55,212 nucleotides of DNA from Candidatus Parcubacteria bacterium. Lineage in GTDB: Bacteria > Patescibacteriota > Patescibacteriia > Patescibacteriales > Patescibacteriaceae. How positions within the stretch are numbered: position 1 is the first letter of the stretch; every line of letters begins with the position of its first letter. Shown here in pieces: positions 1 through 8,800 of the stretch. Made by a program: the position numbers and the translations under genes. The stretch is taken from contig JAEWTE010000040.1 of NCBI GenBank assembly GCA_023459655.1, positions 1 through 55,212 on the forward strand, given 5' to 3'. Under the pieces are notes generated by a model. That model was given only the letters and a program-made list of their open reading frames with translations. It was not told the DNA's origin and ran no database searches.

Positions 1-2114
1 GCAATAAATTATCGGTTATTGGTAATATTACTGGTAGTGGCTCATTAAGAATTACCGGAACAGCAACTAGTAGTAATTATTTTGCAAGTAATTTGGGTAT
101 TGGTGGTCTGCCCGGTGGTTATTGGAACAGACTTGTTGATTTAAGTGGCAGCGGTAATTCTGCCTATATTTCTAGAACTAGTAATACTCATGCTATTATG
201 GCTGCTTCAGATACTGGCACACCAGTTGGTACTGGTTATAATTTCACCTATAATAGCAATCAAATGGTTTTAGGTGCTATAACTAATCATCCAATTAATT
301 TTATAACCAACGGTACGTCTAAAATGTTTTTGAGTAATGATGGAAAATTAGGAATTGGGACGATTAGTCCACAGGGCAGCTTAAATGTTTTGAGTAGTTC
401 TGTAATTTCTGATAATTCAAATGTTAATAACTATCAATTACTAATTTCAAGTCCTAGCGACACTAATGGAGCTCAAGCCGGAATTGCTTTCAGAATAAGT
501 TCTACTCAAAACAACACACCTGGTGCAGCCATAACTCATGAGAGAGTCGGAAATTGGTCTCAGGGAGGGTTATTATTTAAAACAAGGCCTGATAACACTT
601 CAAATGCTCCCTTATTCACAAGAATGGTTATTGATAAAGATGGCAATATTGGTATTGGAACAACCACCCCAGAGGCTAAATTAGATGTTAATGGTAATAT
701 TGCGGTTCGGGGTACAATGGCTTTGACTGGTGCTCTTTATACTGGTGGTGGGGCTAAGCTATTGGCTGTTGATAATACAGGTAATGTGATTACTACGACT
801 ACTCCGGCTGGAACATCCTTGCCTTCTGGTAGTCTTAGTCAAACTTTGCGTTATGGTTCGTCTGGCTGGGAATCAACTAGCACGCTTATAGTTAATAATT
901 CTAGTAACGTTGGAATTGGAACAACCACTCCAACCGATAAATTGCATGTTTATGGCAATTCTGTCCTAGGTAAAATTTCAGGATATCCTTATAAAAGTTT
1001 GTGGACTTGGGAATCAGATAATACTGGGTATTATTCTGGTATTGGGTATCAAAAAAATGATGGCACTAGTCAAAAACTTTTTGTTTGGTGGCGTGATTCA
1101 GTGATTGAGACTAATATTAATGATGTCCTTAATGTCGCTACACCAGGTCACACTTTTAATGGATCGCCACCAAATACGGGCAGAGTTATCGGCGTCAAAT
1201 TAAGTTCAAATGGCGATTCATATTTTAATGGAGGTAATGTTGGTATTGGTACTACTAATCCTGGAGCAGCTATTCATGTTAATGGCAATGCTATTGCTTA
1301 TCCGCCGAGTGACCCAACTCATTTAGCCACTAAATCTTATGTTGATACGGTTGCTCAAAGCTTATGGGTTAAATCTGGTAATAATCTTTATACCTCCACT
1401 ACTGCTTGGAATGTTGGAATTGGGACAACTACCCCAGAGTCTAAGTTAGATGTTAATGGTAGCTTAGCGGTTAGGGGGGCGGTATCATTGACTGGTCCAT
1501 CTTATATTAATCAGGGTAGTCGTCTTTTAATGGTAGATAATTCCGGTGCTGTTTCTGTTACCAGCACTATTCCCGGTGGTGGTGGTGATTATGTTTCAAA
1601 GACTGGTGATACTATGACCGGTGGGTTAACGTTTGAAAATATACCGGCGCCGGGAGCAGCAATTGATTTGAACGGGTTTAATATTGTCGGTGTTAATAAG
1701 ATTACTGTTACTACTATTGATCCACTCTATGATATTGGTGGAACTAAGTATTCAACTTATGCTCCATCAGTAGTTGGTGGAGTAAAAGAAGAATATATTG
1801 GTCGAGGTCAGATTAGCAATTGTGGAGTTGATGATTGTTCTTGGCGATTAGATTTTTCTAAAGTTGCTATAGGAAGTGATTTATGGGTTTGGCGTAAAAT
1901 TGTTGAATTTAATTCTAAAACGATTGATGTGGTTATGACTGCCTATGGTCGGCCGGCTTTGTTATCTTATGAAATTGAGGGTAATCAATTAATATTTTAT
2001 GCTGATCGGCCGACTGAATTTTCTTATCGATTAATTGGGCCTCGTTTTGATTGGCGTAAATGGCCGACTTTGGCTGAAGATCAATCTGAAAAGGCTTCTT
2101 TGACTATTGAATAG
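1..2114 (+). CDS. Large surface protein, 5'-truncated by the window edge, with tail-fibre-like N[VI]GIGT repeats and a conserved C-terminal domain
   Basis: The reading frame is open from nt 3 (NKLSVIGNITGSGSLRITG...), so the TTG at 93 in the ORF track is not the real start. The motif GN[IV]GIGTTTPxxKL[DH]V.G recurs at least 4 times. Stop codon at 2112-2114. Confidence 0.8.
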   Translation, partial: NKLSVIGNITGSGSLRITGTATSSNYFASNLGIGGLPGGYWNRLVDLSGSGNSAYISRTSNTHAIMAASDTGTPVGTGYNFTYNSNQMVLGAITNHPINFITNGTSKMFLSNDGKLGIGTISPQGSLNVLSSSVISDNSNVNNYQLLISSPSDTNGAQAGIAFRISSTQNNTPGAAITHERVGNWSQGGLLFKTRPDNTSNAPLFTRMVIDKDGNIGIGTTTPEAKLDVNGNIAVRGTMALTGALYTGGGAKLLAVDNTGNVITTTTPAGTSLPSGSLSQTLRYGSSGWESTSTLIVNNSSNVGIGTTTPTDKLHVYGNSVLGKISGYPYKSLWTWESDNTGYYSGIGYQKNDGTSQKLFVWWRDSVIETNINDVLNVATPGHTFNGSPPNTGRVIGVKLSSNGDSYFNGGNVGIGTTNPGAAIHVNGNAIAYPPSDPTHLATKSYVDTVAQSLWVKSGNNLYTSTTAWNVGIGTTTPESKLDVNGSLAVRGAVSLTGPSYINQGSRLLMVDNSGAVSVTSTIPGGGGDYVSKTGDTMTGGLTFENIPAPGAAIDLNGFNIVGVNKITVTTIDPLYDIGGTKYSTYAPSVVGGVKEEYIGRGQISNCGVDDCSWRLDFSKVAIGSDLWVWRKIVEFNSKTIDVVMTAYGRPALLSYEIEGNQLIFYADRPTEFSYRLIGPRFDWRKWPTLAEDQSEKASLTIE

Positions 2115-2119
2115 GGTTA

Positions 2120-2147
2120 TTGCGACTATTATTGTTTGTGCTATAAT
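2120..2147 (+). promoter_or_regulatory. Sigma70-like promoter with extended -10
   Basis: TTGCGA (2120-2125), 16-nt spacer, TGcTATAAT (2139-2147), upstream of the 2196 gene. Confidence 0.5.
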
Positions 2148-2195
2148 ATATGTATTATATAATTAATTTATAAAATAATTTTAATTAAAATTATT

Positions 2196-2810
2196 ATGAA
2201 CAACAAAAAAAATCTATTGATTATCGCTGGACTAGCCATTTTGGCTATCATTGTGATTATCATTGTGGCCAATCTTGGCAACAGACAGGCTGGACCAGTT
2301 AGTCAATCAGGTGAAGAGATTAGGATAGCCCCAACTGATCTAGACCGAGAAACTCCAATTGCCACTCCTGAAGAAGTTATGCAGGCTAAACCAGTGATTG
2401 AAGGAACTAGTAAGGTCTTGGACAATGTGGTTGTTACTCCAACTGGTAAGCCAGTTAAAAATGATGTTCGACCTGGTTCACCAGAAGCTCCTCAACAGAC
2501 TGCGCCAGTCAATCCTGAGACTTTGCCTAGTGACTCAGTTAAATTAACTGGTAGTGCTGCCGGCTTTAGTCCAGATAGATTTGAAGTTAAAGCTGGTCAA
2601 TTAGTTACTTTATCTTTGACCTCAGTTGATGACATGACCCATGTTTTATTGTTTGCTGATCCAGAATTATCGGCCGTAGCTATTGGTGTTGGGCCTAACG
2701 AGACCAGAGCGATTACCTTTAATGCTCCTAAGGCGGGTGAATATCCATTTCATTGTGATGTTCCCGGGCATCTTTCTCGCGGAGAAAAGGGCGTGATGGT
2801 TGTTAACTAG
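2196..2810 (+). CDS. Membrane-anchored cupredoxin-fold (blue copper-like) protein
   Basis: N-terminal TM helix LLIIAGLAILAIIVIIIVA, Pro-rich linker, then FEVKAGQLVTL...THVLLF...GEYPFHCDVPGH...GVMVV. This is the His/Cys/His/Met spacing of type-1 Cu cupredoxins (C..PGH...GM pattern). Confidence 0.7.
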   Translation: MNNKKNLLIIAGLAILAIIVIIIVANLGNRQAGPVSQSGEEIRIAPTDLDRETPIATPEEVMQAKPVIEGTSKVLDNVVVTPTGKPVKNDVRPGSPEAPQQTAPVNPETLPSDSVKLTGSAAGFSPDRFEVKAGQLVTLSLTSVDDMTHVLLFADPELSAVAIGVGPNETRAITFNAPKAGEYPFHCDVPGHLSRGEKGVMVVN

Positions 2811-2833
2811 TTTAATCGGTTAATTATTAGTTT

Positions 2834-2860
2834 CAAAGACACGGTTAAGCCGTGTCTTTG
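2834..2860 (+). terminator. 11-bp perfect hairpin after the cupredoxin gene (weak U tract)
   Basis: caaagacacgg / ttaag / ccgtgtctttg. The 3' arm runs straight into a TATAAT box. Confidence 0.45.
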
Positions 2861-2875
2861 GCTATAATCAGATTA

Positions 2876-4237
2876 ATGATGATTAAAAGAATCAATAAAT
2901 TAAGGAATAAAAAATTACTGCTTGGCTTATTGTTGTTAGCAATCACCCTAATATTATTATTTTTATTGTGGTTATTATTTGAGGTGAAATCAATTAGACT
3001 GACCGATAATCGTCAGTCTAGTCGGCCAATTAGTAAATCTACGATTAATTCAATAATTACTCCGTCGCCTAATAGTAATAAAGAGCGCTCGGCTAGTTTT
3101 ACTGACCTATTTTCTGGTTCGGCTTGGCTGGATAAAAATCGAACTAGTTTGTTCCATAATTTTTCTAGTATGACTTTGTCATTTCCTCCAGATATTCATT
3201 GGGAATTGACTGGGTCTTGTTTAGATAATTATGATGCTTGTCAGGCAATTGATCGTTCAATTGATCAACAGTCAACTTGTATTGATGGACGATGTTTAGT
3301 TATGGTTGATGATAATTTAGTTTACCAGGGCCAAACATTAGCTTGGCCAACAGCCATTAACGAGATAGTTGATAGCACTATTTCTACTTTTGATAATCGT
3401 TGGTTAGTTGGTATTGTTGATAATTTCCAACCAGAGCAATATCGAATATCAGTTTGGTGGTTTGATGGTCAGGATTTTCAGCCGATTATTTTGTCAGATA
3501 ATAGTGAAGAACCAATTATTAGTCATTATCGAGGCCGTCTGGCAGTTGGTGGTCAAGCGGATAATCTACTTATTTTATATAGTGCTTATAATGGCCTGGC
3601 TTGGCAGGTTCGAGGATCACAATTTAAAGATTTAAGCTATTATTTTGGTATCAGAGTCAATTATAATGGTTTTTGGCCAGGAATTATTAGTTATCAGTAT
3701 AATGGTGAAACAAAATGGTTAGTGTTTGATCGTAGCCAATCTCGACCAATTTTATTAAAGTTTTGGCAAAACGGCTCGGATTGGATTGAGGGTACGCTGG
3801 ATCTATCTGACCAATTACCGGATAATAGTCGCACAGCGATTGTAGCGACTGACAAATTATTGGATAATTTTAAAATCAAGATTAATGATTTAACCGATAC
3901 AGCTTATCTTTGGCAGATGGTTGATCAAGGGTTTATTTTGCCGACTAGTTCGGCCGAGGTTATTTCGATTAATTTATCCAATTATAATCAAAAACCTCAG
4001 ACTAGCACTATTGGGGCTATAATTACTGAAGTTATTGGTGGCTGGTCTGGTTTTGATAATTCATGGTTTTTATCGACCGATGGGGTTAATTGGCAAACTG
4101 TTCAGCTAAATCAACGATTTAATTTTGATCAGCCAATTGGAAAATTATGGTGGCGTTGGCAAGTTAACCCAAAGACTAATCGTCAGCATTCGCCTTGTTT
4201 GAAAAAAATTGTGTTTTATTTTTATTCCCAGCCGTAG
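2876..4237 (+). CDS. Hypothetical membrane-anchored protein (N-terminal TM, large extracytoplasmic domain, one Asp-box-like motif)
   Basis: ATG at 2876 lies 7 nt after TATAAT (2863-2868). The GTG at 2852 used by the track would lie inside the hairpin and promoter. TM helix LLLGLLLLAITLILLFLLWLLF. Motif STDGVNWQTV near the C-terminus. No family recognised. Confidence 0.6.
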   Translation: MMIKRINKLRNKKLLLGLLLLAITLILLFLLWLLFEVKSIRLTDNRQSSRPISKSTINSIITPSPNSNKERSASFTDLFSGSAWLDKNRTSLFHNFSSMTLSFPPDIHWELTGSCLDNYDACQAIDRSIDQQSTCIDGRCLVMVDDNLVYQGQTLAWPTAINEIVDSTISTFDNRWLVGIVDNFQPEQYRISVWWFDGQDFQPIILSDNSEEPIISHYRGRLAVGGQADNLLILYSAYNGLAWQVRGSQFKDLSYYFGIRVNYNGFWPGIISYQYNGETKWLVFDRSQSRPILLKFWQNGSDWIEGTLDLSDQLPDNSRTAIVATDKLLDNFKIKINDLTDTAYLWQMVDQGFILPTSSAEVISINLSNYNQKPQTSTIGAIITEVIGGWSGFDNSWFLSTDGVNWQTVQLNQRFNFDQPIGKLWWRWQVNPKTNRQHSPCLKKIVFYFYSQP

Positions 4238-4251
4238 TTTAGTCCTTTAGC

Positions 4252-4280
4252 TTGTGGCCGTTATTAAAAAATGTTATAAT
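4252..4280 (+). promoter_or_regulatory. Sigma70-like promoter with extended -10
   Basis: TTGTGG, 17-nt spacer, TGtTATAAT (4272-4280). Confidence 0.45.
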
Positions 4281-4306
4281 ATCAACAATCAATTGTCTTT
4301 AAATTT

Positions 4307-5797
4307 ATGGATAAAAAATGGGTTTTTAGCGGCTTGGTGATTATTTTCATAGCGGCTAGTTTATTTTTTTGGCTACCAGCCGATGCCCAAGAAGAGTGTC
4401 CGGTTGGTAAAAAGTGTATTTTTAATTATGCTGGAACTTTAATGTTGCAGGCCACTGGTGGAGACATTGAATTATTTACTAATGGTGATAGTAAAGATGG
4501 CGGTAATATTAAGCTTGATATTTCAGGTTCCAAAAGTGCTAGTAATATTTTTCTAAAGACTCAAGAGTCAGGTGAGAGTAACATCTATCTTAATTATTTT
4601 GCTCCTGATCACTATGGTTTAGCGGTCACGGCTAATGGCGGATTATATCATAATAGTTTTTCAGTTTTAGTGGCTGATGGTGGATATTATGATATTAATA
4701 TTGACGGGATCAGTAAAGGTCTTAGCTTAATTAGAAGTGAAGTGACGCCTGGTCAAATTGATAGTAGTCGTCAATTATTTGTTGCTTCTGATAGCTATTA
4801 TTATTGGGGGGCAGCTGATCCGACTATTGGGCTAAGCTCATTGTATGCTGATGTTACTAATAATTTATTTGGTCAATTAGCCTTTATTCGCAGTGGCGAT
4901 GTTAAAGTTGGAGCCAGACAATATTTACAATATCGATTTAATGATATTGATAACCCAAGTAATTGGGGTCAATGGGTAGAGATGTGTGATAATTCAAATA
5001 ATTGTCGTAATTTTTTAAATATTTTAGATGAAACCAGTAATGGTTCATTATTGGTTTATCAGGACCCGGACTTATTAATGGATGCTGGTTTAAAAATAAA
5101 CGATCCATTAGCCTTGGCTAATTGTGATGCTTTAAATACTTCAGGTGGAGTCATTGGTTGCGGTTCAGGCGGCACTGGTGGTGGAGTTAGTGGATCCGGT
5201 ACAATTAATTATATCCCTAAATGGAGTAGTGCCAGTAGTTTAGCTAACAGCACTATTTTTGATAATGGCAACGTTGGCATCGGCACCACTACCCCCGACG
5301 CCAAATTAGATGTTAATGGTAGTCTAGCAGTTAGGGGGCCAGTCTCTTTGACTAATCAGCTTTATATTGGTCAAGGTAGTCGTCTCTTAATGGTTGATAA
5401 TTCCGGTGCTGTTTCTGTCACCAGCACTATATCTGGCGGCAATATGGTTACTTTCGCTGGTACTTCTGTTTCAGCAGTTACTGGTAATCGAGGAGGTTAT
5501 AATAATGCTAATGCTCTTTGTGTGTCGGTTGATCCGGCCAGTCATATTTGTACTGCTGAAGATATTTTAAGCATTATTAATCAGGGTGATGTTAACACTA
5601 TTCCCGACAATAGTGATGGATATTGGATTAGCAATGGTCCACCAGGCTATACTGCTAACGTTAATGATTGTGCTGGTTTTACTGAAGGTTCTACTAATTT
5701 TTTTGGCGCAGTCTGGTATAAATATACTACTTATCCTAATGGTGTTGGCGCCATAGCTCATTGTGGTAATTCTAAATATTTTGCTTGTTGTAAATAA
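4307..5797 (+). CDS. Secreted tail-fibre-like protein with a C-terminal Cys-containing lectin/endostatin-like (DUF1554-like) domain
   Basis: Signal peptide ending LPADA|QEE. Cassette NVGIGTTTPDAKLDVNGSLAVRGPVSLT...GSRLLMVDNSGAVSVTSTI is nearly identical to the one in ORF 1-2114. C-terminus reads VTFAGTS..TGNRGGYNNANALC...DCAGFTEG...AHCGNSKYFACCK. Confidence 0.7.
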   Translation: MDKKWVFSGLVIIFIAASLFFWLPADAQEECPVGKKCIFNYAGTLMLQATGGDIELFTNGDSKDGGNIKLDISGSKSASNIFLKTQESGESNIYLNYFAPDHYGLAVTANGGLYHNSFSVLVADGGYYDINIDGISKGLSLIRSEVTPGQIDSSRQLFVASDSYYYWGAADPTIGLSSLYADVTNNLFGQLAFIRSGDVKVGARQYLQYRFNDIDNPSNWGQWVEMCDNSNNCRNFLNILDETSNGSLLVYQDPDLLMDAGLKINDPLALANCDALNTSGGVIGCGSGGTGGGVSGSGTINYIPKWSSASSLANSTIFDNGNVGIGTTTPDAKLDVNGSLAVRGPVSLTNQLYIGQGSRLLMVDNSGAVSVTSTISGGNMVTFAGTSVSAVTGNRGGYNNANALCVSVDPASHICTAEDILSIINQGDVNTIPDNSDGYWISNGPPGYTANVNDCAGFTEGSTNFFGAVWYKYTTYPNGVGAIAHCGNSKYFACCK

Positions 5798-5802
5798 AAT
5801 AT

Positions 5803-8800
5803 ATGCTTAAATTAAAACAAAGTTTGGCTAGAAATTTGTTTCGGTTATTTATTGTATTAATAATTTTTAAGGCACCGGCGGTATTAGCTGTAACTTGTCC
5901 GACCTGGTTTGGTGGCCAGCTTTGTGATGGTGGTGGAAAATCTTGGTGTTATCAAAATAATATTACCAATGGTTGTCAGGTTGAAACAACTTGTTCACCA
6001 ATTAGTAATGGCACTAATACTAATAATTGTCTTACTAATACTTGTGTTATAGAATGTAACGATGGATACATAAAATGTAGCTCAAATTGCCAAATTCCGT
6101 TATCTAAACCAGCAAATTGCTCTAATCATGATTCATGTACTGGGGCTTGTACTGTTTGTAGTGCCGGTTATGAATTAAGCGGCTCAACCTGTGTGTCGGC
6201 GATATTAAAATTAGGTATCAATTCAGTTAGTGGTTCTAATGTTGTTCAGGCGGCCACTGGTGCTTTATTGTATGTCAATAATACCGGAGTTGGTATTGGA
6301 ACAAATAATCCATCATCATCTCTCCATATTATTGGTCATGCCACATTATCTGAGGATTTATCTATGGCGGCCGGCAAATCAATAAAATTAAATAATGCCG
6401 CTAATACAATACTATATATTGGAAATTATCATACCGGTGGCTTTGTTTTTGGTTCTAGTCAAACTGCTTCGATTCATGTTGAAGGTGATGTTCGAGCTAA
6501 TCAGTTATGTATTAAGGATGACTGTAAATCTGCTTGGTCAGAGATTCAAGGGACTAATTATTGGACTGCTTCTGGTAATAATATTTCTGCCAATAATTCT
6601 GGTAATGTTGGTATCGGAACAGCTAGCCCAGTAACTAAATTACATGTTGTCGGTACAATTCGAACTAATCTTTCGGGAACTGGTAATCGTTGTCTTTATG
6701 TTACTGAAAATGGCGATATTTCTGCTAAAGCAGAAGATTGTGGTACAAGTTCTGGAGGAGATAATCTTGGTGATCATGCAGCTACTCAAAATATTAAACT
6801 AGGTAATTATTGGTTATCCGGTGATGGTGGTGATGAGGGAATTTTTGTCAATAGTTCTGGTCAAGTTGGTATTGGGACTAATGCTCCATCAGCTCTTTTA
6901 AATATTTATAGTAGTTCTACCGGCATAATTTCTCAAATAAAACTACGAAATGCCAGTACTGCTATTAATTCAGGTACAGCAATTGATTTTGTTACCAACA
7001 CCAATACCACTGGTAAAATTACTAATATTTACAATGGATCTAGTCAGTCTTCTTTGTCTTTTTCTACTTATTATAGTAGTTTGGCTGAGGCGATGAGAAT
7101 AAATTCTTCCGGTAACGTTGGCATCGGCACCACCAGCCCAGCCTATAAGTTGGCAGTAGTCGGCGATGCTTATTTTAGTGGTCCGATTACAGTTCAAAAT
7201 CCAACCGCGGCTGGTCATGCTGTTAATCGTTCTTATATTAATGGTTTAGAATTTGCTTGGACTAAATTAATGGATTATCCTGCTGCTTGTTCGGCCGGTC
7301 AGTTTATTTCTGCAATTGGTGATACTTTAACTTGTGGCACACCAGCTAGCACGGCTTATACAGCGGGTGGTGGTTTAACGCTCACGGATTCAGTTTTTAG
7401 TGTTAATACTACTGTAGTAAGAACTACTGGTACTCAGACTATTGGTGGAGCTAAAACTTTTAGCACCACACCACTTACCCTATCTGCTGCGAGTGCTATA
7501 CTTAGTTTTTCTTCAACCTCGGGAACTAAAACTATAAGTACTGGTGGTACCACTGATCTTAATTTGAATCCTGGCGGCAATGTTGGTATAGGTGAAAGTG
7601 CACCAAACAATAAGCTAACAGTTAATGGAACAATTTCTGCCACTATTTTTAAAAACAGTGCTCTTAATAATTGTAGTAATGGTTTAATTGCTAATTCCAC
7701 TGGTGAAATTAACTGCCGAAGTACTTCCTTTGTCACCACTGATCAATATTGGACTGGTACAAGCACTAATTTAAATGCTGTTACTGCCCGTAGTTCTTTA
7801 GGATTGGGTGCATTAGCTACTTTAGGTGCAGTTTCGGGTGGTACAGGAGGAACAATTTCTGATGGCACCATTACTAATGCTGATATTAATGCTTCAGCAG
7901 CCATCGCAGCCTCAAAGATTGAACATGGAAGCTTTTTTATAACCTCAGCTGGTACTAGTGGACAAGTCTGGACATCTGATGGCACCGGTGCTGGCGTCTG
8001 GGGGGCGGCGGCTGGTAGCCATAATCCTTTAACACTAGGTGATATTGGTTCAAGTCCTAATGCTGAAGGTGCTAGTTTGGACGATCAAAAATTAATGTTA
8101 CAGCCAGCTAGTGCTAATTTTGGTGGTGTTGTTACCACCGGCCCACAGACATTTGCTGGAGCTAAGACATTTACTGTCACTATTAATGGTAATATTAACA
8201 CAGCCAGTGCTTTAGCAGCTGATGGTGCAAATTGTTCGGCTGGTTATTATCCGCTGGGAATAGATGCATCCGGCAATGCTCAAAATTGTACAGTATTGCC
8301 AACTGGTGGTACCTATTCAGCTGATGGGCGAGGTATTGAGTTATCTGGTGATATGTTTAGTTTAAAATTAGATGGAACAACGCTTAGTAAATCCGAGTTA
8401 GGTTTAAAAGTTAATGCTATTACTAATAATCAGATCTCTGCTTCGGCGGGCATTGTTGACACTAAGTTAGCGACAATTACTACTGCTAATAAAGTTTCTG
8501 GATCGGCAGTTCAATTAGCATCCGGTGGTGGATTAGAAAACTCAACCGGCCTTAAAATTATTGATGGTATTTATGCTAAATTAGCTGGAGTTAGTGGTGG
8601 ACAAAATTTAATTGGCGGCACAGCTGCTAATAATACTTTAACTTTTCAAGGTAATTCTGCTGCTTCTGGCAATACGCCAACAGGCATTAATATGTCTTTT
8701 AAAGTTGGTAATAGTGGTGGAACTAATGCCATGACTATTCTTAATAATGGCAATATTGGTATTAATAGAACTAATCCAACTCAAAAATTACACGTAAAGG

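Noticed and set aside
3408-3879. Short ORFs 3408-3635 (+) and 3694-3879 (-) inside the 2876-4237 gene
   Set aside because: They are fully embedded in a longer ORF with coherent composition. Their translations are low-complexity (Ile/Leu/Val-rich) with no start-site signals. These are typical frame-shadow artefacts of AT-rich DNA.
4307-5797. Diversity-generating retroelement targeting the lectin-like C-terminus
   Set aside because: I could see no reverse transcriptase gene and no second (template) copy of the 5441-5794 segment anywhere in the window. The only repeat of this gene is the stalk cassette shared with ORF 1-2114, and that is not adenine-biased.
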